Of a DNA stretch of 30,108 nt, positions 17,841-26,089 are shown one piece after another. The stretch comes from an archaeon (lineage in GTDB: Archaea; Iainarchaeota; Iainarchaeia; Iainarchaeales; 1-14-0-10-31-34). The notes below the pieces were generated by a model, which did no database searches, had not been told where the DNA came from, and was given only the letters and a program-made list of their open reading frames with translations. The translations under genes and the position numbers were made by a program. The stretch is taken from contig JBDRFE010000025.1 in the NCBI GenBank assembly GCA_043819075.1, positions 1-30,108 of the forward strand, written 5' to 3'. Position 1 is the stretch's first letter; every line of letters begins with the position of its first letter.

Positions 17841-20210
17841 TTAACCAACATAATTAGGTTTAAAGACGGAATAATGCTGGGCAAACTCTTCGTAAGCCTC
17901 TTCTGTTTCCTTTGAAATTGAAGGCCTGATTTTTTTTAATGCTTCAAGAAAATGAGTTAACTGAATTGGCTTTGCCTGCATTTTATTTTCTTTTAAAGAA
18001 ATTAAGGCTGCTTCTCTCACCAAGCCTTCAATGTCTGCCCCGCTAAAGCCATTAGTTTTTTTCACTAATTCATCCACACTAAAATCTTTTTCCAATGGAA
18101 CTTTTCTTAAATGAATTCTGAAAATTTCTTTTCTTGCTTTTTCATCCGGAGTCCTAACCAACACAAGCTTGTCAATTCTTCCAGGCCTTAATAAAGCTGA
18201 ATCAACCAAGTCCGGCCTGTTTGTTGCTGCAATAAAAACCAGGTCCTTTAATTCTTCTATTCCATCCAGTTCAGTCAGCAACTGGTTTACTGCCCTGTCG
18301 CCAACACCTGAATCAAAAGAGTTTCCCCTTAAGCTTGCAAGAGAATCAATTTCATCAAAAAAAACTATTACCGGAGCAACCTGCCTTGCTTTCCTGAAAA
18401 TCTTTCTGATGCCTCTTTCTGTTTCACCCACAAACTTTGAAATAAGCTCCGGCCCTTTAACTGAAATAAAGTTTGCCTCTGACTCGGTTGCAACAGCTTT
18501 AGCCAATAAGGTTTTTCCTGTTCCAGGAGGGCCATACAACAAAACTCCTCTCGGAGGCTTTATTCCCATTTTCTTGAATGCATCAGGATTCTTTAAAGGC
18601 CATTCAACTGCCTGCTTTAATTCTTCTTTCACTTCATCTAATGCGCCAATGTCAGTCCATTTCACATTAGGAATTTCAACTAAAACTTCCCTTAAAGCAG
18701 AAGGCTGAACTTCTTTTAATGCTTCAACAAAATCGTTTTTGTTTACTTCCAGGCTTTCAAGGACTTCAGGAGGAATAGTATCTTTCTCAAAATCAATTTT
18801 TGATTCATATCTTCTCAAGGCTTTCATTGCAGATTCTTTTGCCAAAGCCGCTAAATCAGCTCCCACAAAACCATGCAACTGTGAGGCAAGGTCATCCAAA
18901 AAATTATCTAACAGCTGGTTTCCAATTGCATCAGCATGATTTGACTGAAGGCTTTCAAAAAACTTTTTTCTTTCTTTTTCAGGAATCTTAAAATATTTAT
19001 TCAGCAGCTCTTTTTTTTCCTGTTCTGAAATAACTTCTTTTTTTATTTTCTCTAATGCCTTTGCAAAAGATTCAGTGTCATCCGGAGGGTAAATCGGCAT
19101 GCCTCTGGTGTGAATCTGCAGAATATTTTTTCTTCCTTTTTTGTCCGGAATTCCGATTTCAATTTCCCTGTCAAACCTTCCCGGCCTTCTCAAGGCTTCA
19201 TCCATTGAATTAACCCTGTTGGTTGCAGCAACAACAATTACGTTTCCTCTTGCCTCCATTCCATCCATTGCAGAAAGCAATTGAGCTACAACCCTTCTTT
19301 CCACTTCACCGATTACTTCCTCTCTTTTCGGTGCAATTGCATCAATTTCGTCAATAAAAATAATGCTTGGCGCATTTTCTTCTGCTTCCTTGAAAATCTG
19401 CCTGATTCTTTCTTCGGCTTCTCCAACAAACTTGCTCATTATTTGCGGAGCAGAAACAGAAATAAAATGAGCTTGAGTTTCATTTGCAACAGCTTTTGCA
19501 AGCAAAGTTTTTCCTGTTCCAGGAGGGCCATACAACAAAACCCCTTTTGGAGGGTTAATGCCTAATTTAATGAATAACTCCGGATGCCGCATCGGCCTTT
19601 CAATCATTTCCCTTACTTTCCTGACCTGTTCGTCTAATCCGCCAATATCTTCGTATGCAACTTTTGGCACTGCTTCAAGCGATTCTTTTACTGGTTCTTC
19701 TTTTAGCACGAACTGCGTTAAGTTTGTGACTTTAACTATTCCTTTTGGATTAGTGTCAACTACATTATAAATAAAACCAGAGCCAAAAACAGAAATCCAG
19801 ATATTGTCTCCTTTAGTCATTGGCCTTCCAATAAAGCTTTTTTTTAAAATCCTGTCATAGCCTGAAGCAATAATTCTTACTTCTTGTGTTGGCGCAAGGA
19901 CAACTCTTTTTGCCTCGCTGTAAACTGCTTTAGACAGTTTAACTTTTTCTCCCAAAGAAACACTGCAAGAATGCCTTATCAGGGAATCCATTCTAATTAC
20001 TCTTCTTCCTTCATCAGAGCTTTTTGCAGGCCAGATTATTGCAGCAGTTTTTTTTCCTGCCTCTAATTCAACTATATCTCCAGAGGTTAACCCTAAAAAT
20101 TCTTTTGACTCCCTGTCCAAAGTAACTATTCCTCTGCCCACATGGCTTGGGTCAGTGTCATGAACCCTTAATTCAAGGAATTTCTTGTTTGAATTGTGAG
20201 TGCTCAGCAT
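17841..20210 (-). CDS. cdc48: CDC48/VAT-family AAA+ ATPase
   Basis: N domain plus two AAA modules: GPPGTGKT twice, [21 protein letters not shown] and ALLRPGRID. Confidence 0.97.
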   Translation of the reverse strand: MLSTHNSNKKFLELRVHDTDPSHVGRGIVTLDRESKEFLGLTSGDIVELEAGKKTAAIIWPAKSSDEGRRVIRMDSLIRHSCSVSLGEKVKLSKAVYSEAKRVVLAPTQEVRIIASGYDRILKKSFIGRPMTKGDNIWISVFGSGFIYNVVDTNPKGIVKVTNLTQFVLKEEPVKESLEAVPKVAYEDIGGLDEQVRKVREMIERPMRHPELFIKLGINPPKGVLLYGPPGTGKTLLAKAVANETQAHFISVSAPQIMSKFVGEAEERIRQIFKEAEENAPSIIFIDEIDAIAPKREEVIGEVERRVVAQLLSAMDGMEARGNVIVVAATNRVNSMDEALRRPGRFDREIEIGIPDKKGRKNILQIHTRGMPIYPPDDTESFAKALEKIKKEVISEQEKKELLNKYFKIPEKERKKFFESLQSNHADAIGNQLLDNFLDDLASQLHGFVGADLAALAKESAMKALRRYESKIDFEKDTIPPEVLESLEVNKNDFVEALKEVQPSALREVLVEIPNVKWTDIGALDEVKEELKQAVEWPLKNPDAFKKMGIKPPRGVLLYGPPGTGKTLLAKAVATESEANFISVKGPELISKFVGETERGIRKIFRKARQVAPVIVFFDEIDSLASLRGNSFDSGVGDRAVNQLLTELDGIEELKDLVFIAATNRPDLVDSALLRPGRIDKLVLVRTPDEKARKEIFRIHLRKVPLEKDFSVDELVKKTNGFSGADIEGLVREAALISLKENKMQAKPIQLTHFLEALKKIRPSISKETEEAYEEFAQHYSVFKPNYVG

Positions 20211-20257
20211 ATAACAAAAAATAGCTGAAAAGGTTTAAAGAGTTAATGAAAAAGCAA

Positions 20258-20818
20258 TTATTTTAATTCAGTTTCAAGGCTTTCAACAAAAGAATCAAGC
20301 AAAACCATTCTTTTTTCTGCCAGTATCTTTGCTTTTTCAGTGAAAAACGCTGTTTTCAGCAGAAAAGCCTTTGTTTTTTCTTCTTCAAGAAAACTCTTCA
20401 AAGAAATTTTTTTAAGGTAAAACAAAACAGAATCCTTTACTATTCCAACTGCACTTATTTCATCAAGCAGATTAACTTCATGCACTAAAATTGCTTCAAT
20501 GGTTTTCGGCTGGCCTTTTAATCCTGCTTCCTGGATGCAGTGCAAAACAAAATCAGTTTTTTCTTTCGGAAAACCGCTGGCAACCAAAAACTTTTTTGCA
20601 AGGTTAAGCGAGGTCTGGATTAAATCCTGATTGAATTTAACTGACTGGGAAAAACCGATTGAATGCAATAAAATTCCTGCAAAAACAGTTTCTTCGTCAA
20701 AAGAATTCTCTTTAATTAATTCAAGGCAGTCAAAACACCTGTTAATATGGCCTGCTGAAAAAAAATCTTTTTTTGCCTGGTTTTCGGTTAACCGCTTTAA
20801 TTCATTCCTGTCAAACAT
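20258..20818 (-). CDS. HD-domain-like protein with degenerate metal-binding motif
   Basis: GHINRC...AGILLHSIG...PKTIEAILVHEVNLLDEISAVG...FTEKAKILAEKR follows the HD-fold pattern. Confidence 0.7.
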   Translation of the reverse strand: MFDRNELKRLTENQAKKDFFSAGHINRCFDCLELIKENSFDEETVFAGILLHSIGFSQSVKFNQDLIQTSLNLAKKFLVASGFPKEKTDFVLHCIQEAGLKGQPKTIEAILVHEVNLLDEISAVGIVKDSVLFYLKKISLKSFLEEEKTKAFLLKTAFFTEKAKILAEKRMVLLDSFVESLETELK

Positions 20819-21618
20819 TAAAACACTATCTCTGATTCACCGTTAGGAAGCATTGAAATGATTTCATCCAAATCAACAACAGAATTAATTTTTTCTTCAA
20901 ACAGTTTCTTCAGTTTTTTTGCAGCAACTCCTTTAGAGTCCTTTCCCTGCACTACTTTAAAAAAAACCGTTGACTGTTTTTTTACTGCACTAGAAGGGCC
21001 TGAAATCAGTGCAAAAGAATCGTTTTCTTTTTTTACTCCGATAGAAAAATCCAGTGAAGTTTTCTTGAACCAGTTTCTTTCGCCGTAAATCATGAAAGAA
21101 CCGGATTTCATTGATTCTCCTGAAGGCGCTTTCTTGCTTACTTGTTCAGGCAAAACAGAATAAACATCAACCGAACCAAAACCTGATTTCCATGCACTTG
21201 AAAAAATTGCAGCAAACTCAGCTGTCTCCTTTAATGAAGCCTGGGAAGCAGAACCATTTTTTGCTTTAAGAATGCAGTGCGGGGCGCCGTGGATTTCTGC
21301 ATGAAAATACAAATCAGTTTTATCCATGTGTTTTTTTACCAGTTCTTCATTGCTTTTTGTGTCTCTTCCAGCAACTGCCAGCAATCCGTCTGATGAAAAA
21401 AACCAGTGGAATTTCTCAAACCAGCTTTTCTTCCTTTTTTTCACCAAAACATTTTTAGGTATGGCTTCATGTTTTAGGTTCATTTCATTAATTTTTTTCT
21501 CTGATTCCTTTAATGCTTTTCTCAGGCCCTCAATTTTTTTCCTGCTCTTCTTTGATTTCTCAAAAAAAGCTGAAGCATTTTCGTTCAGGCTCTTGTTTAA
21601 GTCAATTTCAATTTTCAT
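20818..21618 (-). CDS. Short NFACT-R (DUF814) protein, Rqc2/RqcH-related C-terminal half
   Basis: NENASAFFEKSKK, WFEKFHWFFSSDG, GRDTKSNEELVKK, YFHAEIHGAP, QVSKKAPSGE, GSFMIYGERNW. Confidence 0.9.
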   Translation of the reverse strand: MKIEIDLNKSLNENASAFFEKSKKSRKKIEGLRKALKESEKKINEMNLKHEAIPKNVLVKKRKKSWFEKFHWFFSSDGLLAVAGRDTKSNEELVKKHMDKTDLYFHAEIHGAPHCILKAKNGSASQASLKETAEFAAIFSSAWKSGFGSVDVYSVLPEQVSKKAPSGESMKSGSFMIYGERNWFKKTSLDFSIGVKKENDSFALISGPSSAVKKQSTVFFKVVQGKDSKGVAAKKLKKLFEEKINSVVDLDEIISMLPNGESEIVF

Positions 21619-22158
21619 TCAACCAATCCCTTTTTCTTTTTCAAGAATGCTTATAATCGAAGAAGTCCTTGAACCGATTTTATGGAAAGGCGCTGTAGCA
21701 TAAATTATTTGCCTGTCCTTAATCAATTTATGAATGCCTTTTATTTTTTCATAATATTTTTTTGTAGTTGATTCATGAAATGACTCAATATCCCTGTAAA
21801 AATGCCTTAACAAAAGATTCCATTTTCCAGGCCCAATGACACCTGAAACCATGTAAATGTTGTCGTCTTTTTCAACTGCAGCCAGAAAGTTTTTCAGGAT
21901 TTCTTTTTCAGCAAAATCCACTTGAAGCATTTCAATTACCTCTAACTTGAAGCCAAATTTATTGAAATCAATTTTCGGGCCAAATCCCTGCAACACCCCG
22001 TCTTTCATCATGAAGTCAACAGAAGACTTTATTGTGGCTTTATGGAAACCAGAATACCGCTTAACCTGCCTCATATTCGGGACAACAGAGCCTTTTTTAA
22101 GCAAAGCCTCCAAAGTTTTTAATCTAATACTATCATCTGGCTTCATCTGAACAGCCAT
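21619..22158 (-). CDS. Divergent Lrp/AsnC-like transcription regulator
   Basis: N-terminal HTH-like segment, GVLQGFGPKIDFNKFGF linker, RAM-like C-terminus (GPGKWNLLL). Start placed at ATG 22158. Confidence 0.7.
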   Translation of the reverse strand: MAVQMKPDDSIRLKTLEALLKKGSVVPNMRQVKRYSGFHKATIKSSVDFMMKDGVLQGFGPKIDFNKFGFKLEVIEMLQVDFAEKEILKNFLAAVEKDDNIYMVSGVIGPGKWNLLLRHFYRDIESFHESTTKKYYEKIKGIHKLIKDRQIIYATAPFHKIGSRTSSIISILEKEKGIG

Positions 22159-22261
22159 AACAAAATCACTGTAAAAAAAATACAATCAAAAGATATTTAA
22201 GTGTATTTTTTGGCACATTAAAAACAGTATAATATATAAATACCAGTCCATCGCTTTAGTT

Positions 22262-22409
22262 AATGCAAAAGAACAAATCAAATCTGGAGGGATTCAATTC
22301 TAGAGAGAAAAAAAATAAACGAAAAAAAGAAAGAGGCGGGGATAGGCTCACCAGGCCAATCTGGTTTTTGAAAGATCCCCCCTCTATAAAAACCTAATTC
22401 TTTTGCATT
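22262..22409 (+). other. Candidate structured RNA and/or 44-codon small ORF (22263-22397)
   Basis: 12-bp perfect inverted repeat (22262-22273 / 22398-22409), internal GC-rich hairpin 22332-22385, TATA-like ATATATAAAT at 22232-22241. Confidence 0.45.
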
Positions 22410-22466
22410 TCCTCCTTTCCTGTTTTCTCTGGATAATTTATTAAATTTGTTGAAGCATACTTGTTT

Positions 22467-22721
22467 ATGGAAAAAGAATTACAGGATGAAAAATGGAAAA
22501 ACGTTGATTCAGGGAATACATGGATTGGGTGGAAAAAAATGTACTGGAGCAATAATGACAAAGGGCCAAGCCTTGGCTTTCCTTTGATTTTGTTGGTTGT
22601 GGGAATTTACTGGCTTGGAAGCGAGTTAGGGGTTTGGCCTGTTTCGTTTTCAATCTGGCCTGTGCTGTTAATTGCTTTGGCCGGCTACTGGCTGATTAAA
22701 GGATTAATTTACAAGCGTTAA
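22467..22721 (+). CDS. Small two-TM membrane protein (LiaF-TM/DUF5668-like)
   Basis: LILLVVGIYWL...IWPVLLIALAGYWLI hairpin motif. Start placed at ATG 22467. Confidence 0.65.
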   Translation: MEKELQDEKWKNVDSGNTWIGWKKMYWSNNDKGPSLGFPLILLVVGIYWLGSELGVWPVSFSIWPVLLIALAGYWLIKGLIYKR

Positions 22722-23350
22722 ATTCTCCACATTCTTTTTTTCGGAGTCCTTGCTGGCTTGATTCTTGCAAGCCTCCTGCGTGCAATCAGATGCTTTCTTG
22801 AATGCATTACTTTCCGAATTCGTTTCCTTGAACTGGCTTCTTTAACCCATTTATCTGTTACCATCAGTATTCCTTGTTCCTCTATTTTCCCGTTATTAGT
22901 ATTTTTCACCCAATTGGATTCTTTTTTATGATAAACCAGTTTAACCAGACCATCTTTCAGCAAACGCCTGTGCATCAACCTTCCAGAATGGAAAGTTGCA
23001 TCATACAAAAAAAATCTTATTCCATGCCTAATAAATGATTCCCAAATGTATTTTGATGGGAGAACACCAAATTCTTTAACAAAACCACGCAAATGCCTGT
23101 TGTTTGTCTGACCATAAAATACTTCGCAGAGCCTGGCTGAAGTGGAATGCCAAACAAATGCCACCAAGTCGTTTCCGCAGTAAATTCCTCTCCCATGGCC
23201 TTTTTTAAAAAAGCTTTCAGAATAAGAAGAAACATTAACTCCCAAAGATTTGTGAACTTCAGAAGAAATTTCTTTTCCAAAAGAATCTATGAGTTCGCGT
23301 GGAAGCTCGGAGAAATCTAAAAAAAACCTGAACTCTGGTTTTTGGCGCAT
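22718..23350 (-). CDS. Hypothetical protein with Arg/Lys-rich C-terminal tail
   Basis: 210-aa ORF filling the gap downstream of topA; alpha/beta core with no family recognised. Confidence 0.65.
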   Translation of the reverse strand: MRQKPEFRFFLDFSELPRELIDSFGKEISSEVHKSLGVNVSSYSESFFKKGHGRGIYCGNDLVAFVWHSTSARLCEVFYGQTNNRHLRGFVKEFGVLPSKYIWESFIRHGIRFFLYDATFHSGRLMHRRLLKDGLVKLVYHKKESNWVKNTNNGKIEEQGILMVTDKWVKEASSRKRIRKVMHSRKHLIARRRLARIKPARTPKKRMWRI

Positions 23351-23372
23351 AAACAGATTGAGTTAAAAGAAT

Positions 23373-25457
23373 TTATTTAGCTTTTGTTTTGGTTTTAGCT
23401 TTGGTTTTTTCTGCTAATTCTTTTTTTTCCTGCATTTTCTTTTTCCATTCATCTTTGCTCGGGCAGTCAGGGTCAATGCACATATTGAACCTGAATCTTT
23501 TTCCCTGCACTGAAACCATTGGCATTGAACAGATTTTGCATTTATCGTCTGTTGGGGAAACTTTTCCTTTTTGAGGCAAAGGATAAGAGTTAGTGCAGTC
23601 AGGGTAACTAGTGCATCCTAAAAAATATTTTTTGTTCCTGCTAAAAATAATTCTCAGGTTTCCTTCACTGCATTTAGGGCATTTGCCTACAATCCTGTCC
23701 TCGCTTAAGCCTTCTTTTATTTCGTTTGCAATTAAAAGCTTGTGCAAAAACAGGTCTTTTACAATAACTGAAAGAAGGTCTCTTGAATGCGCTACAACCT
23801 CTTCTTTTGACTTGTTTTTGACTGAAATCAAATCCATTTCTTTTTCCAAGTCTGAAGTCATTTCAGGTTCTATAACCTTGCTTGAATACTTTTCTAATAC
23901 ATCTGTTACTGCAAAAGCCAGATTGGTTGGCTCAATTGCTTTTGCCCCTAAAATATATTTTCTTGCAAAAAGTTTCTGGATAATGTTATGCCTTGTTGAT
24001 TTAGTGCCTAAGTTTAAGTCCTCCATTAACTTCAATAAAGCTCCCTGTGAATACCTTGGAGGAGGCTGGGTTGTTTTTGCAAGCAAGTCAAGTTTTTTGA
24101 CTTCAGCTTTATCGCCTTTGTTTAGGGAAGGCAGCAAAATTTCTTTTATTGTAGAATAAGGATAGAATTCCTTCCAGCCTAATTTTAATATTCTCTGGCC
24201 GTTTGAAACAAATAATTCTTCAGCTAAATCAAATTCAACTGCAAGGTTTTCTGTTTCAGCTTCTTCTGCAAGAGTTGCATAAAACCTTCTTACAATTAAC
24301 TCATAAATTTTGAAAGACCTTTCACCTAATTTTCCTTTTTCTGCAGAAGAAACAGGGTGAACTGGCGGATGGTCTTTTGATTCTTTTCCAAAAGAAGCTG
24401 TAAGATTTTCCTGCCCTAAAAGCTTTTTTGACAAAACACTGAATTCTTTTGTTTTGCCTGTTTCAATTACAAGCTTTTTCAAATCAAGGCTTGCAGGATA
24501 TTTTGTGTTATCTGTTCTAGGATAAGAAATGAAACCAGTTTGGTACAAGGTTTCAGCTATATTCATTGCCTGCCCTGCGCTGAAGCCAATTGATGTTGCA
24601 GCCCTTAAAAAAGAAGTTGTGTTAAATGGAATCGGCTTTGAAATAATCCTGTGCTTTTTTTCAACTCTCAAAACTTTAGCGGTTTTTGGCTTTCTGTTAA
24701 TTATTTTTTCTGCTTCTTTTTTATCCAAAAACCTTCCTTTTTTTGGAACAGCCTCAAACAGCATTTTGTCTTTTTCCAGTAAAGCTTTTATTTCCCAGTA
24801 TTTTTCCGGCTTGAATGCATTCCTCTCTTTTTCCCTTTTAACAATCAAATATAATACCGGGCTCTGGACTCTGCCTACACTCAAAAAAGATTTTCCCATC
24901 CTTCCGGAAACAATTGAAATAAATCTTGTCAGAACCGCTCCCCAGATTAAATCAATTTCTCTTCTTGCATTAGCTGAGTCAGCCAAAGCAAAATCAACTT
25001 CAATTAAACTCGAAAAAGAGTCGTCAATGTCTTTTTGTGTTATCGCAGAAAACAATGCACGCTTTATTTTGATTTTAGGGTTTCCTTTTTTTAAATAATC
25101 CAGTGCTTCAACTCCAATGCTTTCCCCTTCCCTGTCGGCATCGGTTGCAATAATGACTTCAGAGAATTCTTTTGCTTTTCCTTCAAGCAAAGAAGTAATT
25201 GCTTTTTCTGACGGAATGTACTCGATTTCAGTGTTAACGAGTTTTCTTAAATCTGTTCCGGTCCAGTTATTAAATTTTTTCGGAAAATCAACGTCTTCTA
25301 TGTGGCCCCTTAAAGGAATTACAAAAGCTTTTTCTCCGCTGAAATCAAATTCAAATAACTGGGCTTTTTTTTCAAACAAAGTTTTTGTTTTTCCTTTGCC
25401 TAAGATTTCTGCAATCCTTTTTCCTGCAATAGATTTCTCTGAAATAATTAATTTCAT
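23373..25457 (-). CDS. topA: DNA topoisomerase I (type IA)
   Basis: TOPRIM (LIISEK, ATDADREGE), SVGRVQSP, catalytic GFISYPRTD, LGTKSTR, C-terminal Cys4 zinc fingers. Confidence 0.97.
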   Translation of the reverse strand: MKLIISEKSIAGKRIAEILGKGKTKTLFEKKAQLFEFDFSGEKAFVIPLRGHIEDVDFPKKFNNWTGTDLRKLVNTEIEYIPSEKAITSLLEGKAKEFSEVIIATDADREGESIGVEALDYLKKGNPKIKIKRALFSAITQKDIDDSFSSLIEVDFALADSANARREIDLIWGAVLTRFISIVSGRMGKSFLSVGRVQSPVLYLIVKREKERNAFKPEKYWEIKALLEKDKMLFEAVPKKGRFLDKKEAEKIINRKPKTAKVLRVEKKHRIISKPIPFNTTSFLRAATSIGFSAGQAMNIAETLYQTGFISYPRTDNTKYPASLDLKKLVIETGKTKEFSVLSKKLLGQENLTASFGKESKDHPPVHPVSSAEKGKLGERSFKIYELIVRRFYATLAEEAETENLAVEFDLAEELFVSNGQRILKLGWKEFYPYSTIKEILLPSLNKGDKAEVKKLDLLAKTTQPPPRYSQGALLKLMEDLNLGTKSTRHNIIQKLFARKYILGAKAIEPTNLAFAVTDVLEKYSSKVIEPEMTSDLEKEMDLISVKNKSKEEVVAHSRDLLSVIVKDLFLHKLLIANEIKEGLSEDRIVGKCPKCSEGNLRIIFSRNKKYFLGCTSYPDCTNSYPLPQKGKVSPTDDKCKICSMPMVSVQGKRFRFNMCIDPDCPSKDEWKKKMQEKKELAEKTKAKTKTKAK

Positions 25458-25508
25458 TAATGCACCGAACAGAATTTGATAAAAGAAAATGAATTTAAAT
25501 TGGAAACA

Positions 25509-25988
25509 TCAGAGTTTTTTCTGGAGAGTCTGGATTGGCAGGGCATTTGTTTTCTTTAATTCGCTTAACACTAACTGTGTCTTGATGTCAGAGATGCCGT
25601 CAATTAACCCTAAATCGTTTATGAATCTTTCAGCTGAATCCAGGTCCTGAACAATGATTTTTGCTATTAAATTGTATTCCCCTAAAACCTGGTATAATTC
25701 AATTACATGGTCAAAAGAACTCAGTTTTTTCACTAAATCCTTGTGTTTTCCCATATCAGTCCTCATCTGAACAAAAACAGGGTTTTCATAGCCTAAAACC
25801 TTATAGTTTAAGTTTGCGCCCACAGAAGAAATAACGCCTTTCCTGATCAAAGATTCAACTCTTTTTTTTATTGCAACATCAGTTAATTTTACTTCTTTTG
25901 CAATAGAACTAAAAGAAGCCCTGCCGTCTTCAAGCAGTTTCTGCAAAATCATGTGGTCAATTTTATCCAAACTAACAGCAACAGGCAT
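25509..25988 (-). CDS. Lrp/AsnC-family transcription regulator
   Basis: LDKIDHMILQKLLEDGRASFSSIAKEVKLT...KRVESL...GVI; LGEYNLI in the RAM domain. Confidence 0.92.
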   Translation of the reverse strand: MPVAVSLDKIDHMILQKLLEDGRASFSSIAKEVKLTDVAIKKRVESLIRKGVISSVGANLNYKVLGYENPVFVQMRTDMGKHKDLVKKLSSFDHVIELYQVLGEYNLIAKIIVQDLDSAERFINDLGLIDGISDIKTQLVLSELKKTNALPIQTLQKKL

Positions 25989-26089
25989 AATTAATAAAAC
26001 AAAGGAAAAGTATATAAAAAGTTAAGTTATCTAACAATTTTCTTGTTCTGTTGGATGTTATTTAAAACATTTTTTTACAAAATGAGTGT

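Noticed and set aside
17781..17886. The cdc48 tail repeat as a DGR template/variable pair or a CRISPR repeat
   Set aside because: Mismatches are not restricted to adenines on either strand and all preserve the coding sense. No reverse transcriptase or cas gene is in the window, and there are only two copies.
22332..22385. tRNA or SRP RNA in the GC-rich intergenic hairpin
   Set aside because: No cloverleaf, TTCRA T-loop or SRP helix-8 motif is visible, and it is too short.
22262..22409. MITE or IS remnant interpretation of the 12-bp inverted repeat
   Set aside because: No target-site duplication flanks it, and there is no second copy or transposase in the window. It cannot be fully excluded without the genome.
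23373..23412. Short repeats (ttagctttt/ggtttt) at the topA 3' end
   Set aside because: They simply encode a low-complexity KTKAKTKTKAK basic tail.
2117..25457. Inteins in rfcL, cdc6, cdc48 or topA
   Set aside because: Protein lengths are normal, and no C/S...HN-C/S/T splice junctions interrupt conserved motifs.
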